Positions 47,752 through 56,927 of a stretch of DNA of 64,000 nt are shown here, in pieces. The notes under the pieces are model-generated. The model did no database searches, was not told the DNA's origin, and worked only from the letters and a program-made list of their open reading frames with translations. Numbering within the stretch: position 1 is the first letter of the stretch; every line of letters starts with the position of its first letter. Origin of the DNA: Holophagales bacterium (GTDB taxonomy: Bacteria; Acidobacteriota; Thermoanaerobaculia; Multivoradales; Multivoraceae); contig VXVC01000004.1 in NCBI GenBank assembly GCA_009836625.1, forward strand, positions 449,037 to 513,036, written 5' to 3'. A program made the translations under genes and the position numbers.

Positions 47752-49053
47752 TCAGGTGGCCTGGAGCGGCTGCGGAGTTGCCGCTGTGACCGCCTCGGGC
47801 ACATCCATCGCCCTGCCGCCGCCGGCGGCCGCGAAGGTCGCCATGTCCTCGAACATGGACGTGAAGTCCAGTTCGAACACGTCGCCGATCAGGATGCGGG
47901 TGACCTTGCTCTGATGTTGCGGGTAGAGCCGGAGGAAGGCGCCGACACTGAAGTTCCGGTCGTAGAAGACGTTGACCAGTTGCCGCACGGCCTCGACGCC
48001 GCGCATCAGCAGCGGCTGGAACGCGCCCAGGCGCTCGCCCGAGAGGTCGTCCGAGGCGATCGCCCCGATCGCGGCTTCGGCAGCCATCTCGCCCGACTTG
48101 AGCGCCAGGAAGACGCCGGACGAGTAGACCGGATCGATGAACGAGAACGCGTCGCCGATCGCGATCCAGCCGTCGCCCGCCATCTTCTCGATCCGGTAGG
48201 AGAAGTCCTTCATGACGGACACCGGGCGGCACTGATGAGCCGGCGCAATGCGCCGCTCGATCTCGCCGCAGTTCCTGACCTCCTCGAAGAAGATCTCGTG
48301 CGGCCTACCGTCGCGCTTCCTGATCAGCGCGTCCATCGGCCCGACCACCCCGACGCTCACTACGTTCCCGGCCAGCGGGATGTACCAGAACCAGCACTCT
48401 CCGGACTTCGTATGCAGGATCAGGGTCGCCCCTTCGTCCTTCCCCTCGTCCCGGATCGCACCTCGGAAGTGCGTGTAGATCGAGGCATGCCGCAGGCCGT
48501 AGTCGACCCGGCCGAGATCGAGCCGTCGCGCGAGCAAGGCGCTCTGACCCGTGGCGTCGATCACGACCCGGCTGAGGAGCTCCATCGGCCCGCCGTTGTT
48601 CGCCGCCGCGGCGCGCACGCCGACCGCACGGCCGTCCTCGAACAACACGTCGCGGACGTTGACGCCGCGGTGAACCTCCGCGCCCTGCCCTGCCGCCGTC
48701 TCCATCAAGAGCTCATCGAACTCGGAACGGCGCACCTGCCAGGTGCGGGCGCTGTCGTCGCCCGGCCGCTCCTTGTCGAAGTAGAACGGCATGGACGCCT
48801 TGCCTGTCTTCGTGAAGAACTGGACGGAGTGCTTCTCGACGAAGTGGCTCTCCTGCATCGCGCGGAGCGCTCCCATCTTCTCGAACACGCCGTGGGTGTC
48901 CGGCATCAGCGATTCGCCGATCTTGAACACCGGCGTGGCCTCGCGCTCGAGCAGCAGCGTCCGCAGGCCGCCACGTGCGGCGATCGCCGCGGCCGCCGAG
49001 CCGCCCGGGCCGGCGCCGACAACGATCACGTCGTAGGAGGACGCGGCAAACAT
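47752..49053 (-). CDS. FAD-dependent halogenase-like oxidoreductase (tryptophan-halogenase/geranylgeranyl-reductase superfamily)
   Basis: GxGxxG (VVGAGPGGSAAAAIA), a WxWxIP motif (ECWFWYIPL), and a GDAFSFIDPVYSSG FAD motif. Confidence 0.65.
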   Translation of the reverse strand: MFAASSYDVIVVGAGPGGSAAAAIAARGGLRTLLLEREATPVFKIGESLMPDTHGVFEKMGALRAMQESHFVEKHSVQFFTKTGKASMPFYFDKERPGDDSARTWQVRRSEFDELLMETAAGQGAEVHRGVNVRDVLFEDGRAVGVRAAAANNGGPMELLSRVVIDATGQSALLARRLDLGRVDYGLRHASIYTHFRGAIRDEGKDEGATLILHTKSGECWFWYIPLAGNVVSVGVVGPMDALIRKRDGRPHEIFFEEVRNCGEIERRIAPAHQCRPVSVMKDFSYRIEKMAGDGWIAIGDAFSFIDPVYSSGVFLALKSGEMAAEAAIGAIASDDLSGERLGAFQPLLMRGVEAVRQLVNVFYDRNFSVGAFLRLYPQHQSKVTRILIGDVFELDFTSMFEDMATFAAAGGGRAMDVPEAVTAATPQPLQAT

Positions 49054-49210
49054 CGGGGGGAGTCTACGGCAGGGAATCGACGCCGACCACCGGCAACCTG
49101 AGAGGCCTCGGGTGCGTAGTGCATATGTTGTAGCCTGCGCGCCTTACTTGCTCCTGTCGGGCTCGAGTCCTTCGAGTCTCGCTATCCGCAGCCTCGAGAG
49201 GTATTTGCCG

Positions 49211-51598
49211 ATGCGCTTCACTCCTGCCCCGTTTCTGACCGTCAGCCTTCCACTGGCCCTCATTGCCGGCGCCGCATCGGCGCAGGATCCCGATGACCCG
49301 GCCGATGTCGTGACGGACGAGATCACCGTTACGGCGCAGCGGATCGAGGAGTCGCTGCAGGATGTGCCGATCTCGGTCGTCGCCGTCTCCGGCGAGGAAC
49401 TGGAGCAGCAGGCGATCCTCGACGTTCAGGGGCTTGCCGGCGCGGCGCCGGGCGTCGTCGTTTCGAGTCAGAGTTCGACAACCGGAGAAGTCTCCCTGGT
49501 CATCCGCGGGATCGGCTCGAACACGTTCGGGCTGGGCACGGAGTCGACAGTCGGCTACTACATCGATGGCGCCTACCTGCCGCGGCCGCAGGGTTTCGTC
49601 AACCCCTTCCTCGACCTGGAGCGGGTGGAGATCCTGCGCGGACCGCAAGGCACGCTTTGGGGCCGCAACTCGACCGGCGGCGCGATCAACCTCGTTACCC
49701 GCGCCCCGGAGGGCCAGTTCAAGGGCCGTCTCTTCGCCTCGGCGAGCGACTTCGCGGCGCCCGAGAGCGCTTCCGGCCAGCGCTACGGACTGTCGCTGAC
49801 CGGGCCGCTGACCGAGAAGGTCTGGGCGCGGGCATCCGCCTCCGCGACGACGATCGACGACGCGACATGGAACGACCATCTTGGCCAGGGCAGCGACGCG
49901 AACGACGGTCTCTCCTTCCGGACCGGTTTGACGTTTCTTCCCTCCGACACGCTGACGTTCACGCTGCGGGCGGACGGCACGGACGACGACAGCCACGGCA
50001 ACTTCCATCTGAAGCCGGGCGACGTGTCGCCGCTGAGCCTCGTCGGCACGCTCAGCCGGTTCTACGGCTTCGAGAACCCGCTCGACGTCCACCGGATCGC
50101 GGCCAACATCGCTCCGCTGTCCCCTTACGAGGAGAACGGGTTCTCGCTCCATGTGGACAAGGTGCTGAGCGGCGGCGCGGCGAACCTGACCTCGATCAGC
50201 AGTTGGCGGGACTTCGCTTCCAGCCGCCGGGCCGACGTGGACGCGATGCCGGTCGATTTCGTCGAGAACGTCGGGGATTACGAATCCGAGTGGTGGTCGC
50301 AGGAGTTCCAGGTGAGCGGCGACCGCGACCGGGCGCGCTGGATCGCCGGTCTCTACGCCTTCGGCGAAGAAGCGAACGCAGCGACCGACACGCGCACGGA
50401 TTCCGCCCTTTTCGCGGTCTGGCTGTTCGCCAACAACCCGGGCATCTTCCTGTTCAATCCCGCCGACTTCTGCTCGCTCGGCTTCTTCGCCCCGCCGACG
50501 CTCTGCGGTCCGGCCTACTACGGCGCCGTGGCCCCCTTCCTCGGCCTGCCCTTGCCCGGGACGGTGGCTTCCGCCAACGTGTTCAACACCGTGCTCGACA
50601 GTTCGTCCTGGGCCGGCTACGGCCAGGTCGACTGGCGTCTCGGCGAGCGCACCACTCTCACCACGGGCCTCCGCTACACCAGCGACACGAAGGAACACAG
50701 CCAGACGACGATCGATTTCGTCACCTTTCAGCCCGCCACCGAGACGCTGGAGGACTCCTGGAGCGCCTTGACGCCCAAGCTCGGCCTGGAGTTTCGGCCC
50801 CGCGACGGCATGATGCTCTACGGCGCGGTGACCACCGGCTACAAGAGCGGCGGCTTCAACTCCATCTCGCTCCAGCCGTCCTTCGAAGAGGAGACGATCA
50901 CCAGCTACGAGGTCGGCGTCAAATCCCGTTCCTCGGGCGGCGTCACCTTCAACGCATCGGCGTTCAGCTACGACTACGACGACCTCCAGGTCTCCGTGCT
51001 CTTTCCCGACCGTTCCACGGTCGAGAACGCGGCGAGCGCCAGGATCCGCGGCCTGGACGTCGAACTGCTGCTGCGGCCGAATCCGCGTTTCGGCTTCGAC
51101 CTCACCTTCGAGGTCCTGGACGACGAGTTTCGTGAGTTCACCTCCCAGAACCCGACCGACGTGGCCTCGCTTCAGGACCGGTTTCTCGAAGCCGGCACGC
51201 TGGACGTGACGACCCTATTGGGAGCGGGCTACCTGATCGAGCCCACGGATCAGACCGGCAAGGGGCTGCCGCGCGCGCCCGACTTTTCCGCCGTCGCCGC
51301 GATTCGCTACGCGTTCGACCTGGGGCCCGCGGGGTCGCTCCTCGCCCGTGCCGAGTACCAGTACACGGACGACCTGGCGTTCGATCCCTTCGAGAACTTC
51401 GTCCAGCCGTCACACGGCTTGCTGCACGCCCAACTGCGCTGGACGGCGCCGAGCTCGCAGCTGTTCGTCGGTCTTTACGGGCGCAATCTCGGCGACGAGG
51501 AGTACAGCCTCACCGAGTTCTTCACCACCTACACGGGTTCCCTGCGCGTCTGGGCGCCGCCGCGAGAGGTCGGTGTCCAGCTCGGCTTCGACTTCTAG
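49211..51598 (+). CDS. TonB-dependent outer membrane receptor
   Basis: Signal peptide, TonB box (DEITVTAQR), plug (VEILRGPQGTLWGRNSTGGAINLVT), beta-barrel, and a C-terminal aromatic (…QLGFDF). The ATG at 49211 fits better than the track start. Confidence 0.88.
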   Translation: MRFTPAPFLTVSLPLALIAGAASAQDPDDPADVVTDEITVTAQRIEESLQDVPISVVAVSGEELEQQAILDVQGLAGAAPGVVVSSQSSTTGEVSLVIRGIGSNTFGLGTESTVGYYIDGAYLPRPQGFVNPFLDLERVEILRGPQGTLWGRNSTGGAINLVTRAPEGQFKGRLFASASDFAAPESASGQRYGLSLTGPLTEKVWARASASATTIDDATWNDHLGQGSDANDGLSFRTGLTFLPSDTLTFTLRADGTDDDSHGNFHLKPGDVSPLSLVGTLSRFYGFENPLDVHRIAANIAPLSPYEENGFSLHVDKVLSGGAANLTSISSWRDFASSRRADVDAMPVDFVENVGDYESEWWSQEFQVSGDRDRARWIAGLYAFGEEANAATDTRTDSALFAVWLFANNPGIFLFNPADFCSLGFFAPPTLCGPAYYGAVAPFLGLPLPGTVASANVFNTVLDSSSWAGYGQVDWRLGERTTLTTGLRYTSDTKEHSQTTIDFVTFQPATETLEDSWSALTPKLGLEFRPRDGMMLYGAVTTGYKSGGFNSISLQPSFEEETITSYEVGVKSRSSGGVTFNASAFSYDYDDLQVSVLFPDRSTVENAASARIRGLDVELLLRPNPRFGFDLTFEVLDDEFREFTSQNPTDVASLQDRFLEAGTLDVTTLLGAGYLIEPTDQTGKGLPRAPDFSAVAAIRYAFDLGPAGSLLARAEYQYTDDLAFDPFENFVQPSHGLLHAQLRWTAPSSQLFVGLYGRNLGDEEYSLTEFFTTYTGSLRVWAPPREVGVQLGFDF

Positions 51599-51613
51599 CG
51601 CCGGCGCCCGTTG

Positions 51614-52999
51614 CTACGTGTAGCGGGCGCCGCGGTACTGCTCGTCGTAGAAGCGCGGCAGTAGCTGGTCGACGCGCAGAAGGCCGCCCTCGCTGAGTTC
51701 CACCCGTTCCGGGCCGACCGTGGCCAGTCCCTGCTCGGTCAGGCTGCCGAAGGCCTCGGCGTAGTCCTCCACGACGTCGACTCCGAACTTCCGCTCGAAG
51801 GCGCCCCGTTCCAGCCAGCCCTGCTTCAACTGCAGGATGACTTCGCGGGTCAGCCGCTCGCGCGCCGTCGTGACCAGGGCCCGGCGCGTGGCAAGACCGC
51901 CCGCGTCGATCGCAGCCAGGTAGCCGTTCCAGCGATCGTGGTTCTGCATGTGGACACCGCCCATGTGGCCGAAAGACGAGACGCCGATCGGGATCATGTC
52001 GGCGCCGCTCCATACCTCGCGGGCGTAGACGAACTTGCAGCCCCGGTCCCTCCGCATCATCGTGTAGGCACTCCAGCGCTCGAAGCCGGCGCGTTCGAAC
52101 TGCTCGAAGGCGTAGGCGTGCCACTCGCGCTTCGTGCGCCAGTCGGCGAACGCCGGTACGTCCTCGTCGCCGCGCAGCCTGGCTTTCGAGTACACCGTGT
52201 TGAAGGGCAGTTCCATCTGGTAGAGCGTGATCGAGTCCGGGTCGTAGTCGATCGTCAGTTCGACCGTCCGCTTCCAGGTCTCCCAGGTTTCGCCGACCAT
52301 GCCGGCGATCAGGTCGACGTTCAACTGTCGGAAGTCGTGCTCCCGAATCCAGTCGCGTACCCGGTAGATCTCCTTCGACACATGGGCGCGCCCATTCTCC
52401 TGGAGGATCTCGTCGTCGAAGTTCTCGATGCCGAGGCTCAGCCGGGTGACGCCGATACTGCGAATCGCTTCCAGTTTGGACCGGGTCAGCGTCCCTGGCT
52501 CGCACTCGAACGCCACCTCCTCGGCGCCGTCCCAGGAGATCACGCCCTGTAACCGCTCGGCCAGCGGAATCAACTGCTTGGCCGCGATGTAAGACGGCGT
52601 GCCGCCGCCAAAGTAGACGAAGTCGAGCTTCCGACCCCTGATCGCGGCTTTCTCCGCGAGGCGTTCGATCTCCACCCCCAGGGCGTCCAGGTAGCGGCCG
52701 ATCTGCTCGTGGTTCTTGTCGATGTACACGCGGAAGTAGCAGAACTTGCAGCGCTTGCGGCAGAACGGAATGTGGATGTAGAGGCCGAGTGAGGTGTCGG
52801 CGTCGGGCGCCCGATCGAGCGCCTCGAACGCCGCCGGGACCGCCGCTTCGTTCCAGGCCGAGTACGGCGGGTAGTTCGAGACGAAGACGGAACCGATATC
52901 CGTCGCCTCGAGATCGAGCAATCCGGTCGCAGGCTCGGGCCTGACGAGGTCGGGCCCGGCCAAGCTCGGCGGGGCGCTATGCGGTGCCTTCTGGTGCAT
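51614..52999 (-). CDS. HemN/HemW-family radical SAM protein (coproporphyrinogen dehydrogenase-like or haem chaperone)
   Basis: CX3CX2C radical SAM motif in HIPFCRKRCKFCYF; the 4th Cys of HemN is replaced by Phe/Tyr. A HemN-like N-terminal extension (NYPPYSAW) and HemN C-terminal domain are present. Confidence 0.75.
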   Translation of the reverse strand: MHQKAPHSAPPSLAGPDLVRPEPATGLLDLEATDIGSVFVSNYPPYSAWNEAAVPAAFEALDRAPDADTSLGLYIHIPFCRKRCKFCYFRVYIDKNHEQIGRYLDALGVEIERLAEKAAIRGRKLDFVYFGGGTPSYIAAKQLIPLAERLQGVISWDGAEEVAFECEPGTLTRSKLEAIRSIGVTRLSLGIENFDDEILQENGRAHVSKEIYRVRDWIREHDFRQLNVDLIAGMVGETWETWKRTVELTIDYDPDSITLYQMELPFNTVYSKARLRGDEDVPAFADWRTKREWHAYAFEQFERAGFERWSAYTMMRRDRGCKFVYAREVWSGADMIPIGVSSFGHMGGVHMQNHDRWNGYLAAIDAGGLATRRALVTTARERLTREVILQLKQGWLERGAFERKFGVDVVEDYAEAFGSLTEQGLATVGPERVELSEGGLLRVDQLLPRFYDEQYRGARYT

Positions 53000-53011
53000 C
53001 CAGCCGCTCCC

Positions 53012-54184
53012 CTAGCCGAAGCAGTACAGAATGCCGTCCAGACTGCCGATGACCAGGCGCTCCGAGGCCACGGCCGGCGAGGCCATGATCGCCGACCCGG
53101 TGTCGAACTCCCAGACCGGCTCTCCCGTCGCCTTGTCCAGGGCGAGGACGGGCCCCCGCTTGGAACCCAGGAAGATCCGATCGCCCACGATCACCGGCGA
53201 GGAGTCGAGCCGCGCGCCGCTGTTCCACTCCCACTTTCGCTCGCCGGTCGCGGGGTCGAGGGCGTGGACGATCTTGTCCCGCCCGCCGATGACGACGATC
53301 TCGTCGTCGGCCGCGGCGGAGGCGTAGAAGGGGAACTTCCGGATCTCGTGCTCGTAGGCCCAGGCGACCTGGCGTTTCTCGAGGTCGATTCCCAGCACTT
53401 CGTTCTCGTACGTCGCGACGTAAGCCATGTTGCCGACCACAGCCGGACTCGAGGCCGCCTGCCCGCGGAGATCGATCTTGTGGATCGTCTCACCCGTCTC
53501 GATGTCGATCAGCCACATGAAACCGTCGCAGCCGGACACGGTCGTCAGTCCGTCGGCGACTGCCGGCGTGCCGTGGACGTAGCCGTCCGTCTCCACCTGC
53601 CACAGCTTCTCGCCGTTCGTCCGGTTCAGACAGTAGAGCGAGTTGTCGTAGGAGCCGACCAGCAGCCGCTCCCCTCCCTCCGGCGACTCGTGCAGCGAGA
53701 CGCCGGCGTAGATCTCCCCCAGCGTCTCGAACTTCCACTTCTGCTCGCCGGTACCGGCGTCAAGGGCGTAGACGAAGCCGTACTCGTCGCCGACGTAGAC
53801 GACATCGTCGAACACGGAGACCGGCGCCTTGATCGGCGTGCCGGCTTCGAACCGCCACAACTCCCTGCCGTCGGCCAGGGTCAGCGCGTAGACGCGACCC
53901 TCGTAGTCGCCGATGTAGACCACCCCGCCGACGATCGCCGCCGTGCTTTCGATCTCGCTCTCCGTGTCGAAGGCCCACAGCAGCTCTGGATTCTCGGGCA
54001 AGGTCGTGCCGGCAACGCCGGTGCCGAGCAGGTTCCCCCGGAACACCGGCCACGCATCGGCGGCCGGCCGGAACAGCGACGCCGCCGATGCCGCCTCCTG
54101 GTCCTCGCCGTCGCCGGCCGCCCCTTCGGAGGCCATGAGGAAGGGCGAGGCGAGCAGAAACGAAAGGCTGAGCAGAAGTCTCAC
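53012..54184 (-). CDS. Secreted PQQ-like beta-propeller repeat protein (BamB-like fold)
   Basis: GTG start with signal peptide RLLLSLSFLLASPFLMA; repeated motifs of the form VYxGSxDGxLYALDAxTGxxxW (e.g. GRVYALTLADGRELWRF, GFVYALDAGTGEQKWKF). Confidence 0.7.
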   Translation of the reverse strand: MRLLLSLSFLLASPFLMASEGAAGDGEDQEAASAASLFRPAADAWPVFRGNLLGTGVAGTTLPENPELLWAFDTESEIESTAAIVGGVVYIGDYEGRVYALTLADGRELWRFEAGTPIKAPVSVFDDVVYVGDEYGFVYALDAGTGEQKWKFETLGEIYAGVSLHESPEGGERLLVGSYDNSLYCLNRTNGEKLWQVETDGYVHGTPAVADGLTTVSGCDGFMWLIDIETGETIHKIDLRGQAASSPAVVGNMAYVATYENEVLGIDLEKRQVAWAYEHEIRKFPFYASAAADDEIVVIGGRDKIVHALDPATGERKWEWNSGARLDSSPVIVGDRIFLGSKRGPVLALDKATGEPVWEFDTGSAIMASPAVASERLVIGSLDGILYCFG

Positions 54185-54212
54185 GGCGCTGGGTTCCGGG
54201 GTGGCGAAGGCC

Positions 54213-55445
54213 TCAGAACGCCGCCCGGTAGAGGGCGAGCATATCGGAGGCGGAAGCCGAGCGCGGGTTGAACTGCGCGGTCCACTGTTCGGCCGCCTGG
54301 GACGAGAGGAGGTCCAGATCCGCCTCCAGAACCCCCAGATCCCGCAGCCTGGCGGCGACACCGGCGCTGTCGCGGAGGTCGCCCCACAGCTTCGCGAGCC
54401 GCTCGCTGGCGACGCCGTTTCCCGCGGCGCCGCCGAAGGCGAGTTGGACCAGTCCTCCATAGCCGGTACCCCCGGCCGCACCGTTGAACCGCATGACGTG
54501 ATCCAGCATCACTGCCACCGCCACACCGTGCGTGATGTCGTAGCGCGCGGTCAAGGGGTTGGCGAGACCGTGGGCGGCGCCCAGCATGGAAGCCTCGATG
54601 GCGGCGCCCGCAAGATGGGCGCCCAGCAGCATCTCGCCCCAGAGTTCGACCATCTCGGCTTCACTTCTGTTTGCGCCACTCGTCGCCTGCGCATCGACCA
54701 CGGCGTCGAACCCCCTCAGCAGACGCGCGAAGCCTTCTGAGGCGAACATGCGCGAGTACGGGTTGGCCGCCGTGCAGACGAAGCTCTCCAGGGCGTGCGA
54801 CAGGGCGTCCAGGCCGGTCGCGGCCATCACTTCGGAGGGAGCCGTGCGGACCACTTCCGGGTCCAGCAGGGTAGCCACGAAGCGCGCCTTCGGGTCGCCG
54901 CAGGCCATTTTTCGGTGGTCGTCCTCCCGCGAAATGACGGCGAATGACTGCGCTTCGCTACCCGTACCCGCCGTGCAGGGCACGCCGATCGAAGGGAGCA
55001 TCGGCTTCCCCGCCTTGCCGAAACCCCAGTAGTGCTCCATCCGGCCGCCATTCGTGAACACGAAGTTCGCGCCCTTGGCGCAGTCCATCGCCGAGCCGCC
55101 GCCCAGGCCGATCAGGAAGTCGGCTTCGTGAGCCCGCGCCGCCGCAGCCGCGGCCGCCACGTTGCGCTCGCCGGGATTCTCCTCGACGCCGTAGAACACG
55201 GCGACCTTGAGGTCGGCGCCGCGGAGGGCCACGGACGCCCTATGGACATGGCCGGCGGCGGCCACCCCGGGATCGGCGACCACCAGTACCCGCTGGCCGC
55301 CGAACTCCTGCACGAGCTCACCGATCAGGTCGATGACGCCGGCGCCATAGAGGACCCGGCCCGGAGCCGTGTCGATGCTCCAGGAGTCGCTCGTTTCGAG
55401 CGGTCGCTGGCCTCGCTTGATCGGCACCGCCCCGGTAGAGCGCAA
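54213..55445 (-). CDS. Iron-containing alcohol dehydrogenase
   Basis: Fe-ADH signatures GGGSAMDCAK and the metal-binding His cluster (LDALSHALESFV, HGVAVAVMLDHV). Confidence 0.85.
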   Translation of the reverse strand: MRSTGAVPIKRGQRPLETSDSWSIDTAPGRVLYGAGVIDLIGELVQEFGGQRVLVVADPGVAAAGHVHRASVALRGADLKVAVFYGVEENPGERNVAAAAAAARAHEADFLIGLGGGSAMDCAKGANFVFTNGGRMEHYWGFGKAGKPMLPSIGVPCTAGTGSEAQSFAVISREDDHRKMACGDPKARFVATLLDPEVVRTAPSEVMAATGLDALSHALESFVCTAANPYSRMFASEGFARLLRGFDAVVDAQATSGANRSEAEMVELWGEMLLGAHLAGAAIEASMLGAAHGLANPLTARYDITHGVAVAVMLDHVMRFNGAAGGTGYGGLVQLAFGGAAGNGVASERLAKLWGDLRDSAGVAARLRDLGVLEADLDLLSSQAAEQWTAQFNPRSASASDMLALYRAAF

Positions 55446-55451
55446 AGCGCC

Positions 55452-56891
55452 CTAGTCGGAACCGATGGCGAACACGTCCGAGCGTGTCGCCACGTAGATT
55501 CTCCCGTCCTCCGCGACCGGCGTCGTGTAAACGGCCGAACCCATGTTGTGCTCGGCGATCACCTTCTCCTCGCGGCCGGCCTCCAGGACGACGATGTCGC
55601 CGTCCTCGTCGCCGAGATAGACCTTGCCGTCCGCGACGAAGGCCGAACCCCAGACCGCCGCGAAGGTGTCGTGCGTCCAGAGATGCTCACCGGTCTCCAC
55701 GTCCAGGACGTAGAGGAAGCCGCTCAGGTCCGGGATGTAGAGCAGGCCGTCGGAGATCGCCGCGGTCGAGATCGTCCGGTTGAAGTCCTCGTTGCCGAAG
55801 TGCCAGACGGCAGCACTGCCGGTCGCGTCTCCCTCGACGTTGGCGTCCATGGCGTACAAGTGGCCCGGGCCTTCTCCGTGCTCGGGGTCCTGGCCGACTC
55901 CGAGGTAGAAGCGGTTGTTGTAGAAGACCGGCGTCGAGATGATGTTGTTGCGGGTACCGGCGCCGCCGAGTTCCCAGATCGAGTCCTTGGGGTTGAGATC
56001 GAACTTCCACAGCAGGTTGCCGGTCGCCGGTTCGTAAGTGTAGAGCCAGCCGTCGCCGCCCGGGAAGGCGATCTGCGGCTGGCCGTCGACCACGCCGTAG
56101 CCCGGGTTCGACCAGGAGCCGTGAAGAACCGCGTCGCTGCTGTCGAGGCTTTCCCACACCAGCTCGCCCGTGTTCTTGTCCAGCGCGATGAAGGCCGGCG
56201 AAGCCGGCGAAGGCAGGTTGATGTGCCCCTCGTCGACGCCGGCGCCGGTGACGGTGAACAGGAGGTCGCCGACGACCAGGGGCGATCCGGCAGCCAGGTT
56301 GTGCGGGAACACGTCGAGCTCGCCGATCATGTCGTACTCCCACACGATGTCGGCATCGAGCTCCTGCCTGTACTGCTCGTCCGTCATGCCGTCGTTCACG
56401 CCGTCCCGGAAGCCGTCCACGTCGACGGCCACGACCGTCGCGCGGTTGGACACGTAGTAGACCCGTTCGTCCTCCACGTACGGAGTCGAGCAGATGCCCT
56501 GTAGCGGCCAGTCGTTGACGCGCCCGGCCCCCAGCTTGTCGTGCGTGGCCTGCCAGAGAAGTGCGCCCGTCTCCTTGTCGAGCGCGATCAGGACCCCCTT
56601 GTCCCCTTCGATGCCGGGCCGGCGGAGCCCCTCGTTGTTCGTGCCGGCGTACACCCGGCCGCCGTGGATCACCGGGCCGGCGTAGGTCTGCGAACCGACC
56701 TTGGCCCGCCAGACGATGTTCTCGCCGGATCGGACGTCCCATTCGGTGGGCAGGTTGCTGGCGTCGGACACCATGTTCCGGGCCGGCGTGTTGCCGAACA
56801 TCGCCGGCGGCTCGTTCGCCGCCGCGACCGCGGCGGCCCCGATCAGGGCCGCCAGGGCGAGTCGGAGGGGAAGGGAGATTCGGGTCTTCAT
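55452..56891 (-). CDS. Secreted PQQ-like 8-bladed beta-propeller protein (paralogue A)
   Basis: Signal peptide; a conserved N-terminus shared with the next gene (NLPTEWDV...IVWRAKVGSQTYAGPVIHGGRVYAGTNNE); repeated GxLYALDxxTGxxLW blades. Confidence 0.75.
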   Translation of the reverse strand: MKTRISLPLRLALAALIGAAAVAAANEPPAMFGNTPARNMVSDASNLPTEWDVRSGENIVWRAKVGSQTYAGPVIHGGRVYAGTNNEGLRRPGIEGDKGVLIALDKETGALLWQATHDKLGAGRVNDWPLQGICSTPYVEDERVYYVSNRATVVAVDVDGFRDGVNDGMTDEQYRQELDADIVWEYDMIGELDVFPHNLAAGSPLVVGDLLFTVTGAGVDEGHINLPSPASPAFIALDKNTGELVWESLDSSDAVLHGSWSNPGYGVVDGQPQIAFPGGDGWLYTYEPATGNLLWKFDLNPKDSIWELGGAGTRNNIISTPVFYNNRFYLGVGQDPEHGEGPGHLYAMDANVEGDATGSAAVWHFGNEDFNRTISTAAISDGLLYIPDLSGFLYVLDVETGEHLWTHDTFAAVWGSAFVADGKVYLGDEDGDIVVLEAGREEKVIAEHNMGSAVYTTPVAEDGRIYVATRSDVFAIGSD

Positions 56892-56927
56892 GAGCGTGAT
56901 CCGTGGCTGTCAGGGGGGCCGTCGCTG

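Noticed and set aside
47599-49101. 500-aa plus-strand ORF
   Set aside because: Antisense to the halogenase-like gene, which carries GxGxxG, WxWxIP and GDAxxxxDP motifs in the correct order.
49054-49210. Possible cobalamin or TPP riboswitch upstream of the TonB-dependent receptor
   Set aside because: I could not find a B12 box or a TPP-type conserved core by eye. It is kept only as an unexplained intergenic region within the halogenase finding.
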